From contig CM082598.2 of assembly GCA_040954595.2 (NCBI GenBank), forward strand, positions 3,107,154 through 3,171,153: a stretch of 64,000 bases of DNA, written 5' to 3'. The stretch comes from Balanoglossus misakiensis (taxonomy: Eukaryota; Animalia; Hemichordata). The stretch's first letter is position 1. Each line of letters starts with the position of its first letter. Positions 1 to 12,678 of this stretch are shown in pieces. A program made the translations under genes and the position numbers. Under the pieces are notes generated by a model that had not been told where the DNA came from, searched no databases, and was given only the letters and a program-made list of their open reading frames with translations.

Positions 1-403
1 AGCAGGCCATGACGTCATACATGCGTGTGTATATTATGCTCGTTCTGTCGTAACCTGTTGAGTTCTTGATTTTTCACAATCAGTTGCTTTTTTTTATTTA
101 TCGATTCCAATTTACTTTTAAATCAACACCGAATTAATTTATCTGGATCGGGTTGAATTATTGAGAATGTGTACCCAAATGTTATCAATGTTTCATTCGT
201 CTGGAGACAGTGGTGCTGAGATTTAGGAGTTGACCTAAGTGCAATGAATTATGGCACTGAAATACGGCTTGGTGTGATTTGAATGTAGCTTGACATCCCC
301 ACATGTATTGTTTAAGAGAAAAAATACCAGCTGTACTTGTATAGATAGATGAAAAATGGCGATAATTTGGCCAATGTTGAGCAAGGTTAAATTGGTTTGA
401 AGT

Positions 404-610
404 TTGGTTTAAAAAGTTACAGATATACGAGACAGCACATCAATTTGCATCACAAAGAAACCAACAACCGTCTTGGTTAAAAAAAGTTACCGATATATTA
501 GATAGAACACAATTTGCATGACAAAGAATTCATCAACCGTCTTGGTTTAAAAAGTTACAGATCTACGAGATAGTACTCCGATTTGCATAACAAAGAAACT
601 AACATCCGGT
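404..610. repeat. Degenerate tandem repeat, ~69-bp unit x3
   Basis: Unit ttggtt(t/a)aaaaagttac.gat.ta..aga.ag..c....atttgcat.acaaagaa...a..a.ccg starts at 404, 473 and 542. Confidence 0.85.
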
Positions 611-1809
611 TACGTGACTTGGACATGAGCTGAAATAGTGGTTACTGATGATCGCTGACATTTTTTACTGAGTGTTTCCTATATATTTAACAAGCGCCAT
701 CATGAGATAAACCAATTCGTCTGAAACTGGGCGAAACTTTGCCACAATCGTCGTGTAGGCTAAAACTGCCGTTCCATCTTATGAGGTTGCTTGAGTTCCC
801 TAACATATGTTCATGTATTTCTTTATTGAGCTTCCCTTGAAAAATATTTGCTCAATCTTTCCTTATTTCTTACCACCCGTGAAGAAATCGATTTAGCCAA
901 TTACATATATTAATAAAACCCTTTCATGCAGAAATGAATAATTTAAAAACATCTGTTGTCTACGATAATATCTTATTACACTGTTATGTTACGGTATATA
1001 AGCTGCAATATTTTGCTAACAATGACATTTTGCTTGGCAGGAAAAATATTATTTTCCATTTATGCCTGTTTGCCGAAATGTTCATTTTTTGTCGAAGCAG
1101 TTTGAAATAAAATATGTATAGAATGTCAAATTTCGATTTGCTGAAAACGTTGAACGGACGCGTATTTTTTTTTAATTTATCGCAAAGAGAAATGTGACAT
1201 GAATTTTTAAACAGAATTAAGAAGAATTGATAGAAACATTATTTTTTAATCTGATGTAATGGAATATTTAGTACCTTCAGCGAGGATAATTCGAGAGTGG
1301 GATTTCAATCTTAAACGTAGACCACACTTTTATCTAAACATTTTGCATCTTGTGATCGCAAACTGCGTCACTTTTAACAACATAGAAACATGCTGCCGCG
1401 AGATCCAGCACGTCTGACAATTCTATGAAAATCATTTTAACGATTCAAGTTATATATAATCGTATACAAGAATAGTTTTGTTTTTCAATTTGCATAAATG
1501 TGTGTAAAGAAAACATTTATGTTTTATACAAATGTGGGCAAGATGAAAATGGTTCTACTAAGTTTGAGAATCCCTTACTAACTAGTACGTAAACTAAACA
1601 ATTGTTTCAGGTAGCATTTCTGTAGAGAATGTGAGCAGCTTGATATTCTTGTCCTTATTCTTGTCGATATATATTTACAAAAAATACTTTTACGTTGTTA
1701 TTATGAATATACTGTCTTCTTGAATAATCATTCCTGCGATATGTTCTCTGCAACGTGTGCATATAGGCCTATAGTTTCTGTAAGAATTGGTAGAAAAAAG
1801 ACCGTTTAC

Positions 1810-1929
1810 CTTCAGGAGATCGGACCTTTGTTCTTCGTTCGTTTCTTCTGCGTCTGTGATTTCTTGCCACACGACCATAACCAACGCCAGAACGACAAAA
1901 ACCTGCGAGACGGACCAACGTAACCTCAT
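1810..1929 (-). CDS. First coding exon of a putative secreted protein or peptide precursor; the rest of the gene is probably left of the window
   Basis: ATG at 1929 gives MRLRWSVSQVFVVLALVMVVWQEITDA-EETNEEQRSDLLK (basic N-region, hydrophobic core, TDA cleavage-like site, acidic spacer). It ends at a phase-0 donor AAG|gtaaac at 1810. No downstream exon found in 1-1800. Confidence 0.6.
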
Positions 1930-4900
1930 CGTGTTCACAGCGATAGAGACTTCCCCAAAAGTTCTGCAAGTGCTTGCAAACGTGGCTTGATCAGTCGCAA
2001 ACGTCCAAACCCAGCTGATACCTCTTATCGAAATGAAAGCGTTCCCCTCACTGATGGAAACACATCCTGTTCTCTTGCTTTTATGTGTTCCCCAGAAAAA
2101 AAGTCGAAAATTGACTAGCCCTAAGTGGCTCATAGAAAAGACCGTATCGACATCGTCGAATCGATGTGTTTGAACTATGAATAATTAATTAGGAATGGCG
2201 TATGCATACATTTTGATCGTTCGGCTAAACTTCGTTGTTGGTGAAATTTGAGACCAGCCCAATCGATGATAATGCTACCTGTTATGCTATTTTTAGTATA
2301 CCATTATTAAAACTATGCTTTATTTAGATCTTTTGACAAATTCCGATAAATTTTGATGGTTACAGTGACGTAGCGAGTGCTACAAATAGAGAAGAATGAC
2401 AAAAGAGAGCTCGGCTGCTGTTCACTTCGTTACTGGCTTCGTCGCTAAGCAGCTTGTCACGTGACCACGCCGCCTGTGCCACGCGGCTAAGCTGTCTCTC
2501 AGCCGGGAATTATTGAATTGTGTCGCCGTCGCTGCTAAGTACCGTAAGAACGAATGTCCCCTCATCGGAAATCGAAAGAAAATCTCAAATTGGAGGCAGT
2601 TGTATTCCTGTCTTTCGCTATTCTGCACATTCGTAGGGTGTGCGACAACTCAGGCACATAGCCGTGTGAGGTAAAGCGGTTTGCATCGACCGGTATTGAC
2701 TTAAAAAGAGCAATATATGATGGGTTGGGTACGTTGTTGAAATACTGAAAATGCACAGAAGTTCAGACCGAATTTTTTGTATCCAAGTTCAATGCCACCA
2801 GAACACAACTGCTATGTATGCAGCTCAAATTGTACTGTGTGATATTTAGAGACACCTGAGAAAGTTTAAGGTCGGAAGGAAACTTTTCTTTACAAGCTCG
2901 CGCTCTCCAACTCATATGGCGCGTGTGACACGTGATATTAGCCGCCAATGACGCAAGGCGCTAACGGAAGAAATAATTACAGAAACCCGGAAGCGGCAAT
3001 GCTCGGGCGATTGTTTCTCTGTGCGCGAGGCGCGCTCTGAGGCGGCGAGTAAAGGTCTTTGCACAATCAATACTAGCATCCTGCAGGGGTGAAACAGCTG
3101 CCGGTGTCTAAACTGAGATGGAAAATGCAATGTCTCCTGAGAGGTGCCAGAGAAGCGCAGCTCGCCAGCAAAATCTATCGTTGAACGAGAGGGCAGCGAG
3201 CCTCTGCCAGAACGCTTGTGCAATTGCTGGCGATCGATATCGCTCCTGACGCGTTCCGTTCCCCGAGATCGAAGACGACATCTAACATTTACCGATACCA
3301 CAATTCGTTTTATCGGTTATATGGCAGAGTGCGACTTTTGAAACCTTTTGGATCGTTTGAACCGTACTAATACCCGATTACATGTTGTATGACGAAGCAG
3401 AATATATTTAAGTCCAAATAGATAAAAAATGCATTTGGAATTCACATTTTTTTTTAAATTTGCGAGAACACCTGATGAAACACTGTCGTTTTGTTATTGT
3501 CAATGATTATATGCTATATATAAAAGCACACAAATACAGGAGCAGTCATCCACACAGACAATTAATTTGCAAGTATGATTGGCATTAATATTAAGCTATC
3601 ATCAATATATAGTCACTTTGTTGTCAACACCCACTGTCCACATATGCATGCTTCGTCAACTTTCTCTTGGTCAACTGAAGGCTTTGCAATACTTTGCCAA
3701 AGACGTTCCTTTTCTCTGATGGGCAATGGGGTGACCGTTGCATTACATACCGCTCATGGTAGTAAGTGGTGCGGATTTTTGGAAACCATCAGTCGATTTC
3801 TGTCACCCAAAGTGCAACCCAGAGGCGGCCAAAAAGTTTGGGCGATGTATGTCATGTTTTTTTTCTCTGTAGAGTCTGTTAACGGGTTTCCAAATAAAAT
3901 AACTTCTCACATAGACCACACTCGAGAAACAAAAAGGAGTTCCAATTTGTGAATGTTGCGTGAAGCTGGTGAACTGATTTTATCCATTGAAAGTCTCACT
4001 TTTACCCCTTTGTTTCAATCTGTAGACCGTTGTCAGTACCACGTTCATATATGAGCCTATGGCCGAACAAAGTAAAGTCTGAAGATTGTGAGAAGGTAAG
4101 CTAATATTTTGTCCGTTGTTTGTCATAATAATCTCAGAGATTTACAGCAGGTGTACTGCCCCCCCCCCCAGGTCCAAATCATTCCTCGAAACCCATGGTC
4201 TCTTCTGCCCGAACACTTGTTCTGCTATCAAACTGAGTTACCTTTTCGAACTCTGCCTCCAAATGTGTCAGCTTGGGTTTGCATTGCGTGCTACCGTCGA
4301 CTACAAGCTCTAAGACTCTTCACACCTGTATGTTTTGTAACCACTTTTGCATGCGATACATGTTTGTAGCCATTTTGTATGAGACAACAAAAGAAAGATA
4401 ACATTGTTCCTTCCGGTTATCAACAGGACGATGTTTGTAACGGTTTCAATCGTTACTACCCTCAAACTTTTCTACCCCGTTGACCATTGATTGATCAAAG
4501 ACATCACTCGTTCAGTTGTCGACAGATATCAATTCAGTGTTTTAATGAAAATGCATAAATCAGTACACGATCAAAATCATCGTCGATTCCCAAGAAAGTG
4601 TCTTATAAATTATTTCTGGTTTTCTACAATACATTTACATAGCCACGGCGGCGCTATACTGACATGTTTTATGGTGCCGATGATATTTTCACGGGCCACG
4701 CGGGAACGGTTTCAAATAGTATAGCGAAACCACGATATCGGCGAGAGTTACTATATTCCCAAGGGGACACTTTTACGACAGCACGAACTCGATCGACATG
4801 AAAGTATTCTTCTTATTTTGTGTTATTTCGGTTTTAGATTTCTTCCATTCCGGTCGATACAAAACATTAGGTAATTTACTACCCACGAAACCGCCATCTT

Positions 4901-6474
4901 AATTAAGCAACTTGCATATTTTATGAGATAGAGAATGGAGATTGTATTGCGGATGAAACCATCGGTTTCACAGTCCCAATTTCCTCAGTCTGTTCTGGAC
5001 TTTAGTTATTACCATTGTCGGTATCAGTGATACTTTTTGTCTCCTGAATCTAATACCGGCCTATTCTCACTACATTAAATAAGTTTTTGCTACCTAGGTG
5101 AGTGATAAAAAATCATGTGATCGACAGAATTTCAAGATGGCGGATTTCTTCTGTGTTTAACCAATGGAAGTTGACAAGTGAAACTGGTGATCGATAATAC
5201 ACCTCTATCAGACATTCCAGCACTTTGAAGATGTGTGTACCCTGCCCTACACTTTGAAATTGCCAAAATGGCTGAAACTGTAAATTTACTTTGAAAGGAG
5301 TCTTAGCCCTCTTAAAATTAAAAACAGACGATATACAAGAACCCAAATCCCACATGTGGTATCACCAGATATGAATTATGTTATTCTTTTTAATAAGGAA
5401 AATGTGACATTAGACCTGGGTGTATCGCTTGGCCCGCGGCGTGTAAATTGTTTACCTATCTCCCCTGGATGTGCCTTCTGTAATTGAAGTGTGGTCGGTT
5501 TGTTACAGAGAGATGATATGTTTACCTCCCTGGTGAAAGATAACGCTGATGTGACCGGAAATGTTCAGTTCAGGTGAATTCTGCACTGAAGCGAAGAGGG
5601 CAAGGCCAAAGGTGGGCGGGATATAAGGCAGATAGATACTCTGAAATTGCTGGAAAGTCTGAGAGGGAGACAGGCAGGCAGGCAGGCGGGCAAACAAACA
5701 CAAACTTCAGGGTTGTAATGTTGGAAAGAGCTTTCGTCCAATCACAATGCTCGTATCTATTGACCAATGAGAGCCATGTTTACATTACATCGTATACTGT
5801 CCTCCGTGATACCTATTATTGTCTTAATGAAATTTTGTTCTAATTTGCGGACAAAATATAAAAAAATTAATGATTAATTGCTTTTTACCGGCACCGGATG
5901 AAGCTGCTTGGTAAACATAACGAAAATTAAATGTGTCGATTAATAAAACACGAGCAAACTTTATTGCGCGACAACCCCTTGGGACTTGTAAGGCCATTAG
6001 TGGAATTAATTCCAATGGTAACCGCGGCAACAGAAACATGTTACCTGTCTGTACCGTAAACTGCAAAATAATTTAAAACATCAATGTATTTGAAAACAAC
6101 AGTTCATGGGGTAATGATCATCTGACCCGAATACCCCCCCCCCCCCCGAGTATGAATGCACATATGACTTGTTTAGACGTAATGAGCTGAGTGACAGTTG
6201 TTTGTGAATGTTACAGAGTCGTGCATATTATGAGTCTTTATTCACTTTGACTCCAGGAATATCGTGGGCTGTACCGGACTGCCATTAGCCACACTGGGTA
6301 GGCCTAATTAAACATCTCAATTATTATTAATTTCATAGGTTGATGAGTAAATCCGCCTATGCTCATTAAGCTAATGGTTATTTTTTGAGGTGATTACCCC
6401 GAAACACGCAGGAGTAAAACTCTAGGGCTTTGACAAGTTTTAACACATTAGCCAACGCCCGCCAGCGCTTAACC

Positions 6475-6837
6475 ATGACTTTGCAAGCGTTGGTTCTGCT
6501 GGCCCAAGTTTCCACCTTTGCGCTGGGTTCTATCGCAGCGTCGCCCGACAGCGGGGACCAGTTCGACCCGGAGGCGCAGGCGTACCTTGTCCAGAGCGAA
6601 ATCCCAACCCCGCACATGTCGTTCTCGTGCCCGAATCCGACGATGCACAGGGACACCCTCTACGTGTTTCTGTGCGCCAACACGTGCTACCGGCGGGGCG
6701 AGAAGTGCAAGTCGTTCAACTATCAAGCCTTTGAGAGAATCTGCGAGATTTGTCCGACCGAGGCGCCGAACCATGATTCCCTGCTGCACCGTCCAGGTTG
6801 GGAATACGGTCGAAATGATCAGTACACAGTCATCGAG
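6475..6837 (+). CDS. Mosaic protein exon 1: signal peptide + PAN/apple domain
   Basis: [22 protein letters not shown] signal; CANTC...CKSFNY...CEIC...GWEY matches the PAN pattern; donor GAG|gtaaga. Confidence 0.85.
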
Positions 6838-9800
6838 GTAAGAAAACACTAACCACATAAAATTTCCAATATCGACCTTGATTCCTAAAGAAAGCTTCCC
6901 GCGTTTCGATCCTACCCACCAGGGATAAAACACCTGTTGGATTTCAAGCTGACGTTGCTATTTGGTTGACATGCATTGTGCTAAAATTTTCCAGTCACAC
7001 GTCCAAAGGAAAAACAACAACGATAAAACAACAACAAACCTGATTCTCGTATTTCTTAAAGCCCAATGAGCTGCCTAAATTCTCCTATTTTTGCCATTGG
7101 CAGCTTTTGTGGCTTTAAATGATATTTCACATTTTCTTGTTGTTTCTTGCTTATGATAAGTTCATCTTGCTTGAACAATCGCCACTACGGTGAAATACAC
7201 ACTGCTAGTCTATAGTCGAATTTTTCATACAGATCCCCAAATTAAGTTTCTTTTCTCGGTTTTCCTGATTTTGTCAACGAATAGTTCCTATCTGTTGAAT
7301 ATTATCATTCTGTGGCTATTGCATGGAAATTGCGCCAATCTGATGTGTAATATACAATATGTATGTGGGTGAATATGCATGTACTTAGTCAGACGGAATA
7401 ATGTATTTCAGGCTAGAGCAAGACCGTGCGCCGGTCGACCTTGTTTGAACGGAGGACGGTGCCTAGAAAACCCTACCGGCGATACTTTTTCCTGTATCTG
7501 CAGGGAGGGGAGTCGCTTTATTGGACCAACTTGCAACATACCAGGTACGTTTATATGTTCAGTCTTGTAGAAAGCGGTTCATTGCTGTGACTCTGCCTGT
7601 GTGTAACCCCCGGGGGAAGGATACTCCCATGGTTTTCGTACGGGGGGGGGGGGGTGTGCGCCCCAAGTTCAAAACATTAATACATGTACATTTACATTTT
7701 GTCGAATTTTGCTGGATCGGATCAAGACACAGCGCGTCATGCGAAATGATCGACAAATATTGGAAATGTGGCTGTTAATTACTCTCTTATAGAGTAAAAC
7801 ATTCCTCTCAGCTCAAATTTAAAAGTTTGGGAAACACAAGAACTCATTAACATAGCATTTAATTACTATGCAAATTATGAACAACGAGAAATGCGAAGAC
7901 TACTTAGTTAATGAGTTCGCTACTGTGTACAGTCAGCATATCAGTGGGGTCGGTGGACCGATACTCGAGAAACGTACATTCTATTTACTGATAAAAGAAA
8001 AATCGATTAAATGTATTCATTGTGACATTCAAGACCTTATTGATTTTAAATGTCAGCAAATTAACTGTGATGCTAGTTAGAAAATTGAGGAGCAAAATTC
8101 TTTATTCTCTATTAATAAATTAAACGTGATTAAATGTATGCAATGTGTGTTGCTGAGTGTCACTCGGGCTCGGGGAACGTCATTCATTAACTGTCCACTA
8201 GTTTTACCCAACATTTTAATCGCCCCTTTTGAAACTACAATGTCAACAACTATGCAATTAAAACTGTTCAATGGAGTTTCCTTGGCGATTTAAGGATTTA
8301 ATGAGAAGTTGATTGATATTCCGAGAGATGTTGAACAACTCAAGGCTTCAGATGGAGCAGCGGCGAATAGAATGTTAAGTCATGTGCGAAATGAGAAGTT
8401 TCTCGCTTATGTTTTTTTCTTTCTTTCATTGTGCTCCAGTGACTGACGGCGGCTGGGGCGATTGGAGCTCCTGGTCCGCCTGTACGGCGTCGTGTAACGC
8501 CGGATATCAAACCCGTACACGAGAGTGCAACAGCCCGGTCCCCGGAGATGGCGGAAACCCTTGTGCGGGTCGTCGTACAGACTACCAGAAGTGTCACATG
8601 CATATTTGTCCGGGTGAGTCAGAATTGCCCTACCGTCCTCGTACAACATACTTCATTGCAAACGTAGCTGTCTTTTTGCAAGTTTTCCCAGTGATAATTT
8701 TGTGTTCAATGTGAAACTGATCAAGCATACTACTTGTTATTGTTTGTTCTAGTTTGGTCAATGTGGAGTCTGACTCCATGTGAACCAGTGCCAGGAGGCG
8801 GATTGGTCGGTCGCCGCAATAGAACTCGCGAGTGCCTCTTCGGCGGAACTCCCAATGTTGATATTGGGTGTACGGGACATGACAATGAAACTGTGCCTTG
8901 TGATACTCGCAGCGCCCTCGGTGAGTCTTTTAAATTTATGTCCGGCCCTTATAGTATTTCTGATGAATATTAATTAGCTCATGAATATTAATTATCCGAC
9001 CAGCTCTCAGTGATGCAAGGCTGGGCAGAACCTTGGTTCATTGTATACAGCATGTTAAAGTGATAGTACCGTTTTTGTTTTGTGCATATTTGTGAAGGTA
9101 AATACTGATCACAATAAATTCAACGTCGTTTATGGTAGTGAGGGCCAGAAAAGTGCGTAGGACTTAACCACACACATTCATTCATGTATGGGTATATGTA
9201 AATTGGAGGTGATTCTTTAGGTCTTTAGCTTGGGTCTAAGTGATGTGGAAAACGCTTAAGTTACCAAATATTGTTAATTGCGATTGTCCTTTTTGAGATG
9301 CTTTATTGACAGGTCGCACGGCCATGTTCCTTCGATTTTATCACATTTTCCCTCTTGTCAACCGACAGTAAGCGGGTCCGCAGCGAACAAGATTATCGAG
9401 GCTATCGAGCAAGAAGCTCAGGCTGGTACAGATATCTGTTCTCGTCGTCCAGATGCGGTGGGGTGCAATACTGGTGAGTACCATGTGTTGCAATGTGAGC
9501 AGATAGAATGTAGGCCTATACATGTAGTGATGAGATGGCCTTGTCACAACCACGATCACTCCACACAACTAAGAGAGTGTTGAAAGACAAGCAAGACAGC
9601 AGTTTGTATCATTATCGTGTATTTTAATAAATTATCAAGATATGAAAAGTAATTTTTTGCATCGCTTGTGTTTCACTTCTTTCAGGCGATGGTGCATGGG
9701 GCAAGTGGTCTCCGTGGGGATCCTGTCCAGACGCTTGTGGGTGGAATGTGCGCACGCGCACCAGAAAGTGTGACACTCCACCACCTGCTGAAGGAGGTGC

Positions 9801-11440
9801 AGAATGCGCAGGCGTTGATCGAGAAGAAAAGCCATGTAGGAAATCGCTTGTGCATTGCAGTAAGTAGATCGTCTGTAACTGTAGACTATCCTTTTCTCAG
9901 AATTTATGTTCTATGAATCGACCATGGTGTCCAGTTCGCCTCCTAATCTATGTTCAACTTCATAGCCTTGTCTTGGCATGGAATTTATATGAACTATCAT
10001 AAATCTGATTCGCAAGTCAAGGAGCCAATCGAATTGTCCATACATGGTTTTCACACGTTGAAGTGACAACTGGTGTTTTTTGCTCCACAGACTGCTCAGA
10101 TCCGGGAACGATAGAGAATGGCCATGTGACTGTTGTAAGAACTGGCTATCTGACATTCACGTGTGAGTGGAACGAAACAGCCAAGATATTTTACACTTTG
10201 TTCGGAAAACAATCAAGCAAGTGCATTGAAGGTGAATGGTCAAATCCACTGCCTGTTTGCAAAGGTAATATATGTATGTGTTTGTGTGTGTGTGTGTGTG
10301 TCTGCGTGTGTGTGTGTGTGTGTGTGTGTATGTACTAGTATGTATGTATGTATGTATGTATGTATGTATGTATGTATGTATGTATGTATGTATGTATGTA
10401 TGTATGTATGTATGTATGTATGTATGTATGTATGTATGTATGTATGTATGTATGTATGTATGTTATTACACTTGTGTGTGCACGTGCGCAGTGTTTTCAG
10501 ACTGGCTATGTTATATAATGAGTCCATATAATATTTAATTGAGAAATTTTAATGGATACAATTTTTTTTTCATCCAAAGAATCATGTTTGCTTCCGTCGT
10601 CGGCGGTTTTAAATGGCGTCACGGAGTTAATTGGAGATGCTATCACGCGTCACGGCGAGGAGGCAACCGTTCAATGCACTATCGGCTTTCACGAAAAAGA
10701 TCATAACACTATAACCTGTAATGAAGGACAGTGGGAACCGACTCCTAATCCAGAATGTTCACGTAGGTACTAGTCTTGTCTATCTAGCACATAGCCCCTA
10801 GTTGCATAGAGGCTGACATAGTATTTCTGCCATCTTGGAAAGTCTCAGTGAGTTGTGGGATAGACCGTCTCTTGGTGTTGGTCCCAAACGATACAGTTGC
10901 TAGCAAGTCATAGAAGGCGAAAAGTGTAACTGCTACAATGAACATCACTGCAAACAATGTGGTTGTTACTTTGTATTACACTGTAGTGTAACTGCTACAA
11001 TGTACGTGTCTGTCATGTTACTTTGTGTTTCAATGTACCTCATGGACAGGTAAACAATCATATTTTCAATTGACTTTGAAATATCATGTATTGGTCGGCA
11101 GGGTCGTCCTGAACAATGCCGAATGTATGTTTTTATGCAGAAAATGAACCGAGGTGTGTGATTATTTTTCAGCAAACAATCTCTGCCGTAAAATCGTTCA
11201 ACTGGGATCGTACACAGTCTGTGCAGGCAAATCGAAATATAAATGGCATGACGCGAGAGATAATTGCCAGGACATTGGCGGTAGTTTGGTCAAGTTCGAT
11301 AACAAGAACAAATTCACCGAGATTTTGGAAGAATTGACCAACATAGATGACCAGTACCCGTACTGGATAGGGATGAGGACGGCTACAATTGATGATGAGG
11401 TATGATCGCAGTGTTGTTTATTTGTTTGTCTATCCTTTTC

Positions 11441-11487
<47 letters not shown>

Positions 11488-11835
11488 GAAGCGGATTAGA
11501 TATTCTGTATATAACACACAATATATGGAACCACTATAAATATTATTAATAAATGAATATTTGCCACTACCAGCGCACATTACACACATACAAAAATATG
11601 GAAATATTTCTTGGAGATTCACTGAAACTTCGCCTTGTTTTTTTTGTCTGTGTAAAAACAACAGCGTCAATATGCATGGCTTGACGATGACACAGGTGGC
11701 TACCAGTTATGGGCTGACGGAGACCCGCCGGAAGACGGGGTTGGCTGCGTTCAGCTGATAAAAATCGGCAATAAAAAGAGAATGAAAGTTGAAGATTGTA
11801 AATCGGCGAAGTACAACTGGATTTGTGAAGAATAA
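6475..11835 (+). CDS. Secreted multidomain protein, 10 coding exons, ~623 aa: signal peptide-PAN/apple-EGF-TSP1-TSP1like-linker-TSP1-CCP-CCP-C-type lectin
   Basis: Exons 6475-6837, 7412-7544, 8440-8613, 8753-8920, 9369-9473, 9686-9859, 10091-10264, 10580-10762, 11173-11399 and 11665-11835 join in frame (1872 nt) with GT/AG sites and compatible phases; AATAAA at 11983. Confidence 0.88.
7412..7544 (+). CDS. Mosaic protein exon 2: EGF-like domain
   Basis: [13 protein letters not shown]...FSCIC...FIGPTC; tttcag| acceptor, G|gtacgt donor. Confidence 0.92.
8440..8613 (+). CDS. Mosaic protein exon 3: thrombospondin type-1 repeat
   Basis: [44 protein letters not shown]; phase 1-1 exon. Confidence 0.95.
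8753..8920 (+). CDS. Mosaic protein exon 4: divergent TSP1-like repeat
   Basis: [10 protein letters not shown]...[12 protein letters not shown]...[12 protein letters not shown]; ttctag| acceptor and G|gtgagt donor. Confidence 0.85.
9369..9473 (+). CDS. Mosaic protein exon 5: short linker with 2 Cys
   Basis: cgacag|TA AGC...ACT G|gtgagt, phase 1-1; [35 protein letters not shown]. Confidence 0.65.
9686..9859 (+). CDS. Mosaic protein exon 6: thrombospondin type-1 repeat (this reading frame is not in the ORF track)
   Basis: [51 protein letters not shown]; tttcag| acceptor and A|gtaagt donor. Confidence 0.93.
10091..10264 (+). CDS. Mosaic protein exon 7: CCP/sushi domain
   Basis: [10 protein letters not shown]...FTC...YTLFG...[14 protein letters not shown]. 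Confidence 0.92.
10272..10462. repeat. (GT)n + (ATGT)n microsatellite
   Basis: Read directly from the sequence. Confidence 0.97.
10580..10762 (+). CDS. Mosaic protein exon 8: CCP/sushi domain
   Basis: SCLLP...NG...[13 protein letters not shown]...[17 protein letters not shown]. Confidence 0.9.
10881..11005 (+). mobile_element. Dispersed element copy A: conserved head + ~1.5 units of a 62-bp core
   Basis: gtccca...cagttgctagcaagtca head followed by gtgtaactgctacaatg...gttactttgtattacactgta; homologous to the copies at 18798 and 28451. Confidence 0.7.
11173..11399 (+). CDS. Mosaic protein exon 9: N-terminal half of C-type lectin domain
   Basis: [19 protein letters not shown]...YWIGM; donor GAG|gtatga. 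Confidence 0.92.
11441..11487. repeat. (TCTG)n microsatellite
   Basis: Read directly from the sequence. Confidence 0.95.
11665..11835 (+). CDS. Mosaic protein exon 10: C-terminal half of C-type lectin domain and stop
   Basis: RQYAWLDD...[19 protein letters not shown]...[17 protein letters not shown]. Confidence 0.88.
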   Translation, partial: RQYAWLDDDTGGYQLWADGDPPEDGVGCVQLIKIGNKKRMKVEDCKSAKYNWICEE

Positions 11836-12554
11836 CGTCACATCCCCGCAGCAACAGACGAAATCTCTCGGTCTTGTTCGTCCAAACGATTGATATCCAA
11901 GCCATATCTTACCAAGCTGTGGAGAATAGTTTACCCGTGTGCACACACGACAATAGTTGTGTACTCTTGTAATTGGTAGTTGAATAAACGGGTGCGACAC
12001 CCATTTATTTTTGAATTTCATATTTAAATTTACAGCCACAATCAGAGGTTGCTGATATGTGTGCCTACCAGTTAACTAACTTAAATTGACAATTCTAATG
12101 TCGAAAGTTAAATGATGATCAGAAAAAAAATGGAAGCTATTGGAACTTTAAGATGCTATGTATTCAAGTCAAAATTACATGTACTTTCATTTACTAGAAA
12201 TAGAACGTCTGTTTTGTGTCGAATTGTTTACAATCGTTTTCATTTTTTCAATACACATATACATACAGGCCTCAAACCGGTCTCGACTGCTCCATATATC
12301 CCTCCAATTAAAAAGTATGGCTCACGGTGGCTTGAGTCAAAATATTCTAATATTCTATTCTGCAATCTAACAGAGTACTAGTGTTGCCTCAGAGGGTGTC
12401 GTGGTAATGGTCGGCAAATAGAAATTATCCGCGTCTGCTCATTCGGGGACATGGCATGATTGCTTGTCACGTGGACGCAAAGCCATCGAAGGGAAACAAT
12501 AGTAATAATACATTTAACCTTGGTGGCGCCCTATTACCACGGAATTCTTGATGG

Positions 12555-12678
12555 AGAGAGAGAGAGAGACAGAGTGAGAGACAGAGAGAGAGAGCGGGAG
12601 AGAAAGAGAGAGAGTACGAGAGAGAGTGAGAGACAGAGAGGGAAAGAGCGAGTCAGAAAGAGAGCGAGAGTGAGAGAG
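12555..12678. repeat. GA-rich low-complexity repeat
   Basis: Read directly from the sequence. Confidence 0.9.

Noticed and set aside
1690-2133. Full 147-aa minus-strand ORF as a single-exon gene
   Set aside because: Only the 1929-1810 part looks coding (signal peptide plus donor); the flanks are featureless.
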